From Bacteroidia bacterium (GTDB taxonomy: Bacteria > Bacteroidota > Bacteroidia > AKYH767-A > JBBKVM01), in the NCBI GenBank assembly GCA_037969175.1, contig JBBKWX010000039.1:3752-67751 (forward strand): a stretch of 64,000 bases of DNA, read 5' to 3'. Within the stretch, counting starts at the first letter, position 1, and each line of letters begins with the position of its first letter. A model generated the notes under the pieces. The model had not been told where the DNA came from. It did no database searches and saw only the letters and a program-made list of their open reading frames with translations. Positions 10,123-18,555 of this stretch are shown here, piece after piece. Position numbers and translations under genes: made by a program.

Positions 10123-10404
10123 TCAAAATTTGATCTCAGTTTGTCTAAGTTCTGACAGCAGTCCTTTATTTGGATCGCTCAATTTATCAGCATCTATCTC
10201 TTCATTTCTGATCAATTCAACTAGAAATTGAACTTTGTTTTCTACAGATCCGAATTTGTTGATCACCAGAACTTGTGAATCCAAAAGCACACATTGACCT
10301 GACCTGAAATTTCCTTTTTCAAAACGAATGGTATATCCAGCTTCTTTAAGCAATGCTTCAAGCTTGGACTGAAAAGCCGGTGTATATTTAACAGGTGTTG
10401 CCAT
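10123..10404 (-). CDS. Hypothetical small protein (93 aa), divergently transcribed from pntA.
   Basis: The ORF-track version (168 aa) starts at a TTG at 10629 and overlaps the pntA start. The in-frame ATG at 10402-10404 (MATPVKYTPAFQSKLEALLKEAGYTIRFEKGNF...) avoids the overlap and leaves a 112-nt divergent promoter region. No family recognised. Confidence 0.4.
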   Translation of the reverse strand: MATPVKYTPAFQSKLEALLKEAGYTIRFEKGNFRSGQCVLLDSQVLVINKFGSVENKVQFLVELIRNEEIDADKLSDPNKGLLSELRQTEIKF

Positions 10405-10516
10405 ATTCGCAGAGGTCAAAGATAGTGAATCCCGCGTCCTGACGAATATTGTATATCCATTAATTATTATTTTCTTTGCAACATTCAGAAAGAAACCTTT
10501 TTCCAACATATTTACA

Positions 10517-11635
10517 GTGATCATAGGGGTACCAAAAGAAACAAAAGCTCGCGAAATGCGGGTAGCATTAACACCGGATGTAGTGAAAGCACTCGTATTA
10601 GCCGGTTTCAAATGTAATGTAGAGAGCAATTCAGGAACAGGATCCTATTATTCAGATGAATCCTATGTTTCTGCAGGAGCTGAAATAAAAGATAAAACAA
10701 GCATTTATTCCCAATCAGATGTGATTGTGAAAGTTAACCCTCCTGAATCTTCGGAGATCCAAAGCATGAAGAAAGGTTCAGTCCTGATATCTTTCATGTA
10801 TGCTGCGTCTAATCCTGATCTGGTATCTGCATGTGAACATGCTGGCATAAGCAGTTTCTCTGTTGATGCCATACCGCGTATTTCCAGAGCACAAAAGATG
10901 GATGCATTGAGCAGCCAGGCTAATCTTGCGGGTTATAAATCCGTTTTGATCGGAGCAAATGCATTGGGGAAGATCTTCCCGATGTTAATGACTGCTGCGG
11001 GAACATTGAAGCCATCCAAGGTTGTTATAATGGGTGCCGGAGTTGCCGGTCTGCAAGCAATTGCAACCGCAAAGAGATTGGGTGCTATTGTAGAAGTTTC
11101 AGATATACGTCCTGAATCAAAAGAACAGATCGAGTCACTGGGAGGAAAATTTATTGAGATCAAGGGTGATGAAAGTGTGCAGACTGAAGGTGGTTATGTA
11201 AAAGGGGTTTCTGATGACTTCTTAAAAAGACAACAAGAATTGCTATTCAAACATATAACTGCAGCTGATCTTGTAATCACTACTGCATTGATTCCGGGAA
11301 AGAAAGCGCCGATACTTGTAACAGAAGATATGGTTAAAAACATGAGACCGGGTTCTGTTATTGTTGATATGGCTGTAGAACAAGGTGGAAATTGCGCCTT
11401 GAGTAAGTTGAATGAAACAGTAGAATTGAATGGTGTAAGAATAATTGGTGAATCAAATTTACCAAGTCTTTTACCTATGAATGCAAGTGATTTGTATGCT
11501 AAAAACATTCAGGCATTTCTAACACATCTTGCAGGACCTGATGGGTTCAAATGGGAGATGGAAGAAGAGATCACTAAAGGATCCCTGATCACGCACGACG
11601 GAAAGAAAGTACATCCAAGTTTATTAACAAATTAA
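10517..11635 (+). CDS. pntAA: NAD(P) transhydrogenase alpha subunit, part 1 (dI, AlaDH/PNT domain).
   Basis: N-terminus (GTG)IIGVPKETKAREMRVALTPD matches the PntA start. Rossmann motif MGAGVAGLQAIATAKRLGA. The apparent start is GTG at 10517, with no in-frame ATG before the conserved N-terminus. Confidence 0.9.
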   Translation: MIIGVPKETKAREMRVALTPDVVKALVLAGFKCNVESNSGTGSYYSDESYVSAGAEIKDKTSIYSQSDVIVKVNPPESSEIQSMKKGSVLISFMYAASNPDLVSACEHAGISSFSVDAIPRISRAQKMDALSSQANLAGYKSVLIGANALGKIFPMLMTAAGTLKPSKVVIMGAGVAGLQAIATAKRLGAIVEVSDIRPESKEQIESLGGKFIEIKGDESVQTEGGYVKGVSDDFLKRQQELLFKHITAADLVITTALIPGKKAPILVTEDMVKNMRPGSVIVDMAVEQGGNCALSKLNETVELNGVRIIGESNLPSLLPMNASDLYAKNIQAFLTHLAGPDGFKWEMEEEITKGSLITHDGKKVHPSLLTN

Positions 11636-11647
11636 ATTCCTTTATAC

Positions 11648-11965
11648 ATGGAAGCAATCATTGAATTTCTGGGACAAAATATGCAGATGATATACATTGT
11701 CATTTTGAGCATTTTTGTTGGTGTAGAAGTTATTGGCAAAGTTCCATCCGTATTACACACACCACTTATGTCAGGGGCAAATGCCATACATGGAGTGGTT
11801 ATCATCGGAGCAATTTTGGTGATGTTGAATATAGATGAAGCAAGCAGTCATTATATGTTGTCAGTGAGTTTAGGCTTTGTAGCTGTGGTACTTGGAACTC
11901 TTAATGTCGTTGGAGGATTCGTAGTAACTGACCGTATGCTTGAGATGTTCAAAAAGAAAAAATAA
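11648..11965 (+). CDS. pntAB: NAD(P) transhydrogenase alpha subunit, part 2 (small membrane subunit).
   Basis: 105-aa polytopic membrane protein (VILSIFVGVEVIG..., GVVIIGAILVMLN...) located between pntAA and pntB. Confidence 0.85.
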   Translation: MEAIIEFLGQNMQMIYIVILSIFVGVEVIGKVPSVLHTPLMSGANAIHGVVIIGAILVMLNIDEASSHYMLSVSLGFVAVVLGTLNVVGGFVVTDRMLEMFKKKK

Positions 11966-11990
11966 TTAAGATCCACATTAATCATCCTTA

Positions 11991-13376
11991 ATGGAAACCC
12001 AATATATACTTGAAATTATTTACCTGATCGCATCGGTAACTTTTGTATTAGGATTGAAAATGCTTAGCCATCCTGAATCGGCGCGGAAAGGAAATCTCTT
12101 TGCTGCATTTGGAATGACCATAGCTATCATTGGCACCTTGTTCATTCATGAGAAAGAAGTATCACCCATGATCTATGGTTTGATCCTTACTGCTATCGGA
12201 ATTGGAACTGTAGTTGGCTGGTTGACGGCTATGAAAGTGAAGATGACAAAGATGCCTGAATTGGTATCCTTATTCAATGGAATGGGTGGTGCATGTGCAG
12301 CGTTGATTTCATTAGTTGAATTTGAACATTATATGGGACAAGCGGGTCCAATGATCACCGTTATGGGAGGCTTGGTAATCGGAAGCGTTTCTTTCTCAGG
12401 AAGTATGATAGCCTGGGCAAAATTGAACGGAACAATTAACAAGGCGATACGTCTCCCCTCTTATAATATCATCAACCTGATTTTGCTGATCGTAACTGTT
12501 TTGGCTGCTGTATCTGTTGTTGTTATGGGTGGAGCAAGCAGTCTATTCATCTACCTGATCTTTGCTTTGGCATTGGCTTACGGTATTATGCTTGTACTTC
12601 CGATCGGTGGTGCTGATATGCCTGTAGTAATCTCTTTATTGAACTCATTTACGGGAGTTGCCGCTGCATTTGGTGGATTTCTTTATGGCAATCAGGTAAT
12701 GCTGACCGGTGGTATTTTGGTAGGTTCAGCAGGAACAATTCTGACCCTGGTGATGTGTAATGCAATGAACCGTCCATTAGGTAATGTGATCTTCGGAGCA
12801 TTTGGTGAATCTGCCGTAGCTTCAGACAGAGGTGATTTTGCCGGAAGTGTAAAAGATATCTCCATTTCTGATGCTGCTACATTGATGAATTATTCTAAGA
12901 AAGTTATCATTGTACCGGGATACGGATTGGCTGTAGCACAGGCTCAGCATGTGATACATGAATTGGAACTTATATTGGAAGAACGTGGTGTGGAAGTGAA
13001 ATATGCGATCCATCCTGTAGCAGGAAGGATGCCGGGCCATATGAATGTTTTGCTTGCTGAATCAAATGTTGACTATGGAAAACTTTCAGAAATGGAAGAG
13101 ATAAATCCTGAATTTACATCGACAGATGTGGTTTTAGTTGTTGGAGCAAATGACGTTGTAAACCCTGCAGCACACAATGACCCATCAAGCCCGATCTATG
13201 GAATGCCAATTCTCGATGTGGAATTTGCCAAGAATATTCTTATCAATAAGCGTAGTATGAATGCAGGTTATGCGGGTATAGAAAATGAACTTTTCTATGA
13301 TCCAAAGACCAGTATGTTATTTGGTGATGCAAAAGCAGTTCTTACAAAACTTGTGACAGAGTTGAAGTCTATGTAA
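11991..13376 (+). CDS. pntB: NAD(P) transhydrogenase beta subunit.
   Basis: 461 aa. N-terminal TM domain plus C-terminal NADP(H)-binding dIII (...VIIVPGYGLAVAQAQH..., GANDVVNPAA). Canonical operon position. Confidence 0.9.
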   Translation: METQYILEIIYLIASVTFVLGLKMLSHPESARKGNLFAAFGMTIAIIGTLFIHEKEVSPMIYGLILTAIGIGTVVGWLTAMKVKMTKMPELVSLFNGMGGACAALISLVEFEHYMGQAGPMITVMGGLVIGSVSFSGSMIAWAKLNGTINKAIRLPSYNIINLILLIVTVLAAVSVVVMGGASSLFIYLIFALALAYGIMLVLPIGGADMPVVISLLNSFTGVAAAFGGFLYGNQVMLTGGILVGSAGTILTLVMCNAMNRPLGNVIFGAFGESAVASDRGDFAGSVKDISISDAATLMNYSKKVIIVPGYGLAVAQAQHVIHELELILEERGVEVKYAIHPVAGRMPGHMNVLLAESNVDYGKLSEMEEINPEFTSTDVVLVVGANDVVNPAAHNDPSSPIYGMPILDVEFAKNILINKRSMNAGYAGIENELFYDPKTSMLFGDAKAVLTKLVTELKSM

Positions 13377-14571
13377 ACAAGTTGAGGAGGGGGAATTCTT
13401 TTGATAAGATCAATTTATCATCTGCCCCTAACCATTTTTTCAATATTGTTGAATAGACAGATCTAAAATCAAGCTTGAATTTAAGATCTCCATTTTCCAA
13501 ATCATTTAAATCAGGGAGTTCATTAAAGAATCCGGATCTATTTAATTTTCCACCGGCAAGAAAAATTTGGTTTGCGGTTCCATGATCGGTACCGGCTGAA
13601 CCATTTTCATTAACCCTTCTTCCAAATTCGGAAAATGTCATGATCAGTGTTTCATCTAACAACTGGTCTTTGCGCAGGTCATCGCAGAATGCTGTTATGC
13701 CATCGGCATACATTTGCAATAGCCTCCCCTGCCTACCCTGTTGACGGTTATGTGTATCAAATCCACCCAAAGAAACATAGTATATTTTTGTTTCTGAACC
13801 ACTTTTAATTAATTGTGCAACGGTACTAAGGTCCTGTGAAAAAGCAGTATTTGCATAATCCGTTCGGTTCTTTTTCAGATCTAATTTCTCTTTGAGATAA
13901 TCAGCTGATGATACTGTTTCAGTTAAGGTCTTGTAGAGATATGCAACATTTTCATGATCCGAATCTATGATGGTATTTGCAGATCTTCTGATGGATGGTG
14001 AAGAGACCACTCTTGAGAAAGTATTGATATCTGAAAAAGAAAGTCCCTTAACGTTTTTTCCCTTTAAAGCCAATGCCAGACTATCATCCAATTCAATGGC
14101 AGTATAGGGTTTACATTCCCCTTTACACTCAGAATCCAGATATCTTCCAATCCATCCGGTTTCCAAATATTCTTTTGAATCAGAAGCAGTTTGCCAGATG
14201 TCCATCGATCTGAAATGTGATCGATCCGGATTAGGATATCCTACATTATTCAGAATACTCAACTCGTTTTTCTCAAGCAATTTCATCATGGGTTTCAATG
14301 CCTGATTGAATCCCATATCGGATCCTATATTTATGATATCCTTAGCTGGAATTGCAATCTGGGGTCGGGAAGAATAATAGATATCATTTCTAAATGGAAT
14401 GATCGTGTTAAGTCCGTCATTACCACCTCCCAGTTGAATTATAACTAGTTTCCTTGACCCTCCGGCAGGAAAAACTTGACTAACCGGATTATTCATTCCC
14501 TTGAGGAAAGCCGGGATGAATAAACTACCGGAAGCCAATGCGGAATATCTTAAAAACTGTCTCCTTTTCAT
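13369..14571 (-). CDS. DUF1501 domain protein (sulfatase/alkaline-phosphatase-like fold), Tat-signal secreted.
   Basis: Twin-arginine signal MKRRQFLRYSALASGSLFIPAFLKG. Conserved partner of DUF1800. ATG at 14569-14571 overlaps the upstream stop (ATGA). Confidence 0.8.
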   Translation of the reverse strand: MKRRQFLRYSALASGSLFIPAFLKGMNNPVSQVFPAGGSRKLVIIQLGGGNDGLNTIIPFRNDIYYSSRPQIAIPAKDIINIGSDMGFNQALKPMMKLLEKNELSILNNVGYPNPDRSHFRSMDIWQTASDSKEYLETGWIGRYLDSECKGECKPYTAIELDDSLALALKGKNVKGLSFSDINTFSRVVSSPSIRRSANTIIDSDHENVAYLYKTLTETVSSADYLKEKLDLKKNRTDYANTAFSQDLSTVAQLIKSGSETKIYYVSLGGFDTHNRQQGRQGRLLQMYADGITAFCDDLRKDQLLDETLIMTFSEFGRRVNENGSAGTDHGTANQIFLAGGKLNRSGFFNELPDLNDLENGDLKFKLDFRSVYSTILKKWLGADDKLILSKEFPLLNLFT

Positions 14572-15962
14572 GTCAATTGGTATTCAGGCAAGGCCATCAA
14601 TTCTATGATCGCATTCTTTATTGAGGTTTGATCATGCAGTTCGATTGATTCTACAACATAATTTTTCGGTTTGACTCTCAGCATTATCTCAACAAGTGTA
14701 TTTTTCTTTTCATTTTTGGAAACACCATTTAGATCTGATTCAATCTTAGACCAATTTGCAAATGGTTTGAATTTCGCCAGGGCTCTACCTCCCATCATAC
14801 GAGCTTCATCGTTTGGTTCCATTTGTCGTTCTGTTTCGGCAAGATCAACATAAGCAACAGAAAGAATCTTTGCAGGCAATTCAAGTCTGAATAAAAGCGA
14901 TGAACTATCGATCCAGGCTTTTCCCCAGGACCATCCTGCAACACTGGGAGGAAATAATAAAACTTGCCCCATTAATCTTTGCAGATTAGCATTAGGATCA
15001 TCTCCTTCGTAGCGAACGGGAACTAATCTATAGATCCCTACTAGTAATTCAACCGGAGACTTTATTCTTGCTCCATGGTATTTATTCTGATAGAAAAAAT
15101 CAGATGAGAATATGTACACCAATAATTTCGAGGTATCATAATCGGACTTATAATAAAATTCAGCCATCTCATTTATGATCTTTTCATCGGGATCATCACT
15201 GATGTAAAAGGCATAAAATTTTGAAGCGATAAATTTTGCTGTCCGTTTATCTGCTAACACCAGGTCAATAACTTCTTCCGCACCGAAATTCCCCTTTTTT
15301 CCAAAAATAGTTTTAACAGAATTATCATATAATCTGGGTTCGAACCTTGAATTTCCCTTGATGTCAGTTCTCCAACCTGTAAGAGCTCTAGCTGTTTCTT
15401 TTATATCGGTTTCCGAATAATTTCCTCTTCCTATGGTAAATAATTCTAAAAATTCCCTTGCAAAATTTTCATTGATCGCTCCTGCCCTATTTTGCTGATT
15501 ATTTAGGAATATCAACATGGCAGGGTCTGATACCATCGCTAATAAAAGATTTTTGAAAGGTCCCAGAGCTAGGCTACGTATGGTATTCAATTGTTTTTGA
15601 ATGTACCAGGGATTAAACACTTTAGTTGCAAAATGATCATGCCAAAAGAAAGTGAGTTTCTCTATGTAGCCGGAATCAGTCAAGATCATTTTATTCAACC
15701 AAAATTTATTCAGATCTATTTGACTCATGCGGGAATTTCGTTCCACCTTATCTCTCTCTTCTTTGGTAAGACCCTTTTTTGAAAGCAAAGATGGATCGTC
15801 TGATCTGATAAGATCAAAAGCTGTTGCTTTTACAGATTCCTTCAGAAAGTAAGTTGCAAGATCAGCTGAATTTTTTCCTACCCATTTAGATGCGGTAGAG
15901 TGATCACATCCAAAACCCGCTCTGGCAAATGCATGAAAGATATCTTCTCTTGTCAGTCTCAT
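14568..15962 (-). CDS. DUF1800 domain protein.
   Basis: 464 aa, no signal peptide. Sits immediately upstream of, and translationally coupled to, the DUF1501 gene. This is the classic DUF1800/DUF1501 pair. Confidence 0.75.
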   Translation of the reverse strand: MRLTREDIFHAFARAGFGCDHSTASKWVGKNSADLATYFLKESVKATAFDLIRSDDPSLLSKKGLTKEERDKVERNSRMSQIDLNKFWLNKMILTDSGYIEKLTFFWHDHFATKVFNPWYIQKQLNTIRSLALGPFKNLLLAMVSDPAMLIFLNNQQNRAGAINENFAREFLELFTIGRGNYSETDIKETARALTGWRTDIKGNSRFEPRLYDNSVKTIFGKKGNFGAEEVIDLVLADKRTAKFIASKFYAFYISDDPDEKIINEMAEFYYKSDYDTSKLLVYIFSSDFFYQNKYHGARIKSPVELLVGIYRLVPVRYEGDDPNANLQRLMGQVLLFPPSVAGWSWGKAWIDSSSLLFRLELPAKILSVAYVDLAETERQMEPNDEARMMGGRALAKFKPFANWSKIESDLNGVSKNEKKNTLVEIMLRVKPKNYVVESIELHDQTSIKNAIIELMALPEYQLT

Positions 15963-16041
15963 TAAAGCTAGGATGTTTAAATATTCAGAAGGTTTAATTT
16001 AAATGAAAGATCAGGAAAAGATCTTATGGTTGAATAATTAG

Positions 16042-16049
16042 TATTTTTG
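16042..16049 (+). promoter_or_regulatory. Bacteroidota -7 promoter box TATTTTTG for the M1 peptidase gene.
   Basis: TAnnTTTG consensus 16 nt upstream of ATG 16065. Confidence 0.4.
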
Positions 16050-16064
16050 GCCTGCCATTTACCA

Positions 16065-18494
16065 ATGAAGAACATGATCCGTATCCTTTTTATTGCCTCA
16101 TTCATCCTTTGTCAATTTGTATCCGCGTTTGCACAAGATACTAAGATCAGCTTTCTTGAAGATACAAAAGGTGGATTCCGAGAGCGTACAGTTGATATGG
16201 AGAAAATGAGACTGGAACTTGAATTTGAGCCGGAGATCGGTTTGGTCAAAGGCAGTGTTTCATTCAAATTCCGGACACTCAGAAGAAAAGTGGATACATT
16301 ATTCTTTGATGGTCCGGGGATAAAAGTCAGAGATGCATATCTGAATGGGAAACACATTAACGTGATCCACAGACCGGAAGGAATCACAGTGGTCCCTCCT
16401 ACTCCTTTTCTCGCCGGTTCGGTTGACAGTATTACATTTGATTATACTGCAACACCTGCAAAAGGATTGTATTTTATCGGATGGGAAAAAGGGAATGTGA
16501 ATAGCAGAAAACAAATTTGGAGTCAGGGACAAGGAATTGATAACAGACATTGGTTTCCATGTTTTGATGATATGAACGATAAGCTATTGACTGAGTTGGT
16601 GGTCACTTTCGATTCTACTTACAAGGTCTTGAGTAATGGAAAGAAATTAATTGAAAAGGATAATAAGGACGGTACATATACCTGGACCTATATTATGAGT
16701 AATCCCCATTCTCCATATTTGGTTATGCTGGCTATCGGGAAGTATGCGATAAAAACCAGTAAGACAAACAGAGGTGTTCAGGTCAACAATTATTACTATC
16801 CTGAGTTTCCCAGAAAAGTAGAACCGACCTTTATCTATACAGAAAGGATCATTGATTTCATGGAAAAATCAACGGGTCTAAATTATCCTTGGGATCAATA
16901 TTCACAAATACCTGTACAGGATTATTTGCATGGTGCAATGGAAAATACAACTGCAACAATTTTTGGTGATTTTTATCTTGTTGATGAAAGAGCTTTTTTG
17001 GATAAAAATTATATTGGTGTAAATGCCCATGAAATTACACATCAGTGGTTTGGAAATTATTTGACAGCCAGAAGTGCAAAGCACGCTTGGTTGCAGGAAA
17101 GTTTTGCAACATATTATGCAAAACGCTTTATCAAAGAAGTTTTTGGGGAAGACTATTATCAATGGGAAAAACGTGGCGAGCAAAACAATGCTATTTCTGC
17201 ATCTTCAAAAAACAGATATCCCGTTATTCATTCCAAAGGAGGCTCAGCACGTTTATATTCAAAGGGCTCCTTCGTTCTCGACATGCTGCGAACGGTTGTG
17301 GGTGATGAAGACTTCAAACGAACCATTACTTTTTTTCTCAAGAAATATCCTTATGGTTTAGTAGATTCCAATGATTTCCTGAATGCATTTAAAGATTGTT
17401 TGGGAATGGATCTGGATTGGTTTTTTCAGCAATGGTTATACAGAGACGGTGAACCGCATTATAAGGTCAGCTATGAACAGGCATTATTAAATGACTCACC
17501 TGTTGTTTTGATAACTGTAAAACAAATTCAAAAAAAGGATGAATTGTCGGGATTATTCAGGATGCCAATTGATCTGGAAGTACATTTTAAGGATGGCACA
17601 TTTGAAGCGGTAACGCAATGGATAGAGAATGAAGAACAAGTTATCAAGATCTCAAACAGAAACCGAAAGGCCATAGATTATGTTTTGTTTGATCCGGGAA
17701 ATAAAATTTTGAAGAACCTTACTTTTGAGAAAAGTGAAGAAGAGTTATATGCTCAGGCGATGAAAGCTAAAAATCTTCTTGACAGATATGATGCAGTATT
17801 GGCATTAAGACAGATCTACATCGAAGATAAACGAGTTCCTTTGATCGGGATATTTGATAAAGAAAGATTCTATGCCGTCAAAGCAGAAATCGTAAGTCAA
17901 TTGATCAATGATCAGGATCCAAGAAGTCGCCAGATGTTAGTACGTGCATTGAAAGATGATGAGCCTAAGGTGAGATTATCTGTTGTGAAAAATACCACAC
18001 AACTTGATGATGTACTAAAGCCGGCATTGATGAAAAACCTCAATGATCCATCCTATGAAGTTCTTGCAGGAGCTATGGAAAAACTATGTACCCTCGATAG
18101 AAATAATATTTCAACCTATTTGGATCTTGCAGAAAATACCAGTGGTCAAAATAAGAATGTTGAGATCAAACGCCTTGAAATGGGCAGTATGATCGAGAGA
18201 TTCAGGTATCTGCCTCAACTTATTGATTACAGCTCACCCGGATATGAATTTCGAACTAGAATAAACGCGATTGAAGCACTTTCTCGTCTAAATTATCTGG
18301 ATGAAGTTGTGGCTCTAAACTTACTGGAAGCGGCAACACATTTCAATTTCCGTCTTGCCGGGGTAGCAAATATTGCTTTGGAGAATTACATGAAGCAAAC
18401 TGTCAACAAGGCTATAATCAGAGATGCACTACAAAAATCCAAGCTATCCGAAAAGCGTTTGGATAAATTATCTGCACAAATCAAGGCAGGATAA
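16065..18494 (+). CDS. M1-family zinc metallopeptidase (aminopeptidase N-like) with a C-terminal HEAT-like repeat region; secreted.
   Basis: HEITHQWFGN...WLQESFATYY (HEXXH-18-E gluzincin signature). Signal peptide MKNMIRILFIASFILCQFVSAFAQ. The track start 16047 is a TTG; ATG 16065 is preferred. Confidence 0.85.
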   Translation: MKNMIRILFIASFILCQFVSAFAQDTKISFLEDTKGGFRERTVDMEKMRLELEFEPEIGLVKGSVSFKFRTLRRKVDTLFFDGPGIKVRDAYLNGKHINVIHRPEGITVVPPTPFLAGSVDSITFDYTATPAKGLYFIGWEKGNVNSRKQIWSQGQGIDNRHWFPCFDDMNDKLLTELVVTFDSTYKVLSNGKKLIEKDNKDGTYTWTYIMSNPHSPYLVMLAIGKYAIKTSKTNRGVQVNNYYYPEFPRKVEPTFIYTERIIDFMEKSTGLNYPWDQYSQIPVQDYLHGAMENTTATIFGDFYLVDERAFLDKNYIGVNAHEITHQWFGNYLTARSAKHAWLQESFATYYAKRFIKEVFGEDYYQWEKRGEQNNAISASSKNRYPVIHSKGGSARLYSKGSFVLDMLRTVVGDEDFKRTITFFLKKYPYGLVDSNDFLNAFKDCLGMDLDWFFQQWLYRDGEPHYKVSYEQALLNDSPVVLITVKQIQKKDELSGLFRMPIDLEVHFKDGTFEAVTQWIENEEQVIKISNRNRKAIDYVLFDPGNKILKNLTFEKSEEELYAQAMKAKNLLDRYDAVLALRQIYIEDKRVPLIGIFDKERFYAVKAEIVSQLINDQDPRSRQMLVRALKDDEPKVRLSVVKNTTQLDDVLKPALMKNLNDPSYEVLAGAMEKLCTLDRNNISTYLDLAENTSGQNKNVEIKRLEMGSMIERFRYLPQLIDYSSPGYEFRTRINAIEALSRLNYLDEVVALNLLEAATHFNFRLAGVANIALENYMKQTVNKAIIRDALQKSKLSEKRLDKLSAQIKAG

Positions 18495-18555
18495 GTGTTC
18501 TTATATACTGTTCAAATTTATTAACTTAGGGCTGATTTACCTGACCTGATCCTAA

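Noticed and set aside
10123-10629. 168-aa extended version of the small minus-strand ORF, starting at a TTG at 10629.
   Set aside because: It would overlap the conserved pntA N-terminus by about 110 nt. The in-frame ATG at 10404 gives a non-overlapping gene with a sensible divergent promoter gap.
11194-11508. 104-aa and 76-aa minus-strand ORFs inside pntAA.
   Set aside because: Antisense to a well-supported conserved gene.
15330-15350. tRNA-like GGGTTCGAACC motif.
   Set aside because: It lies inside the DUF1800 coding sequence with no surrounding cloverleaf. Chance match.
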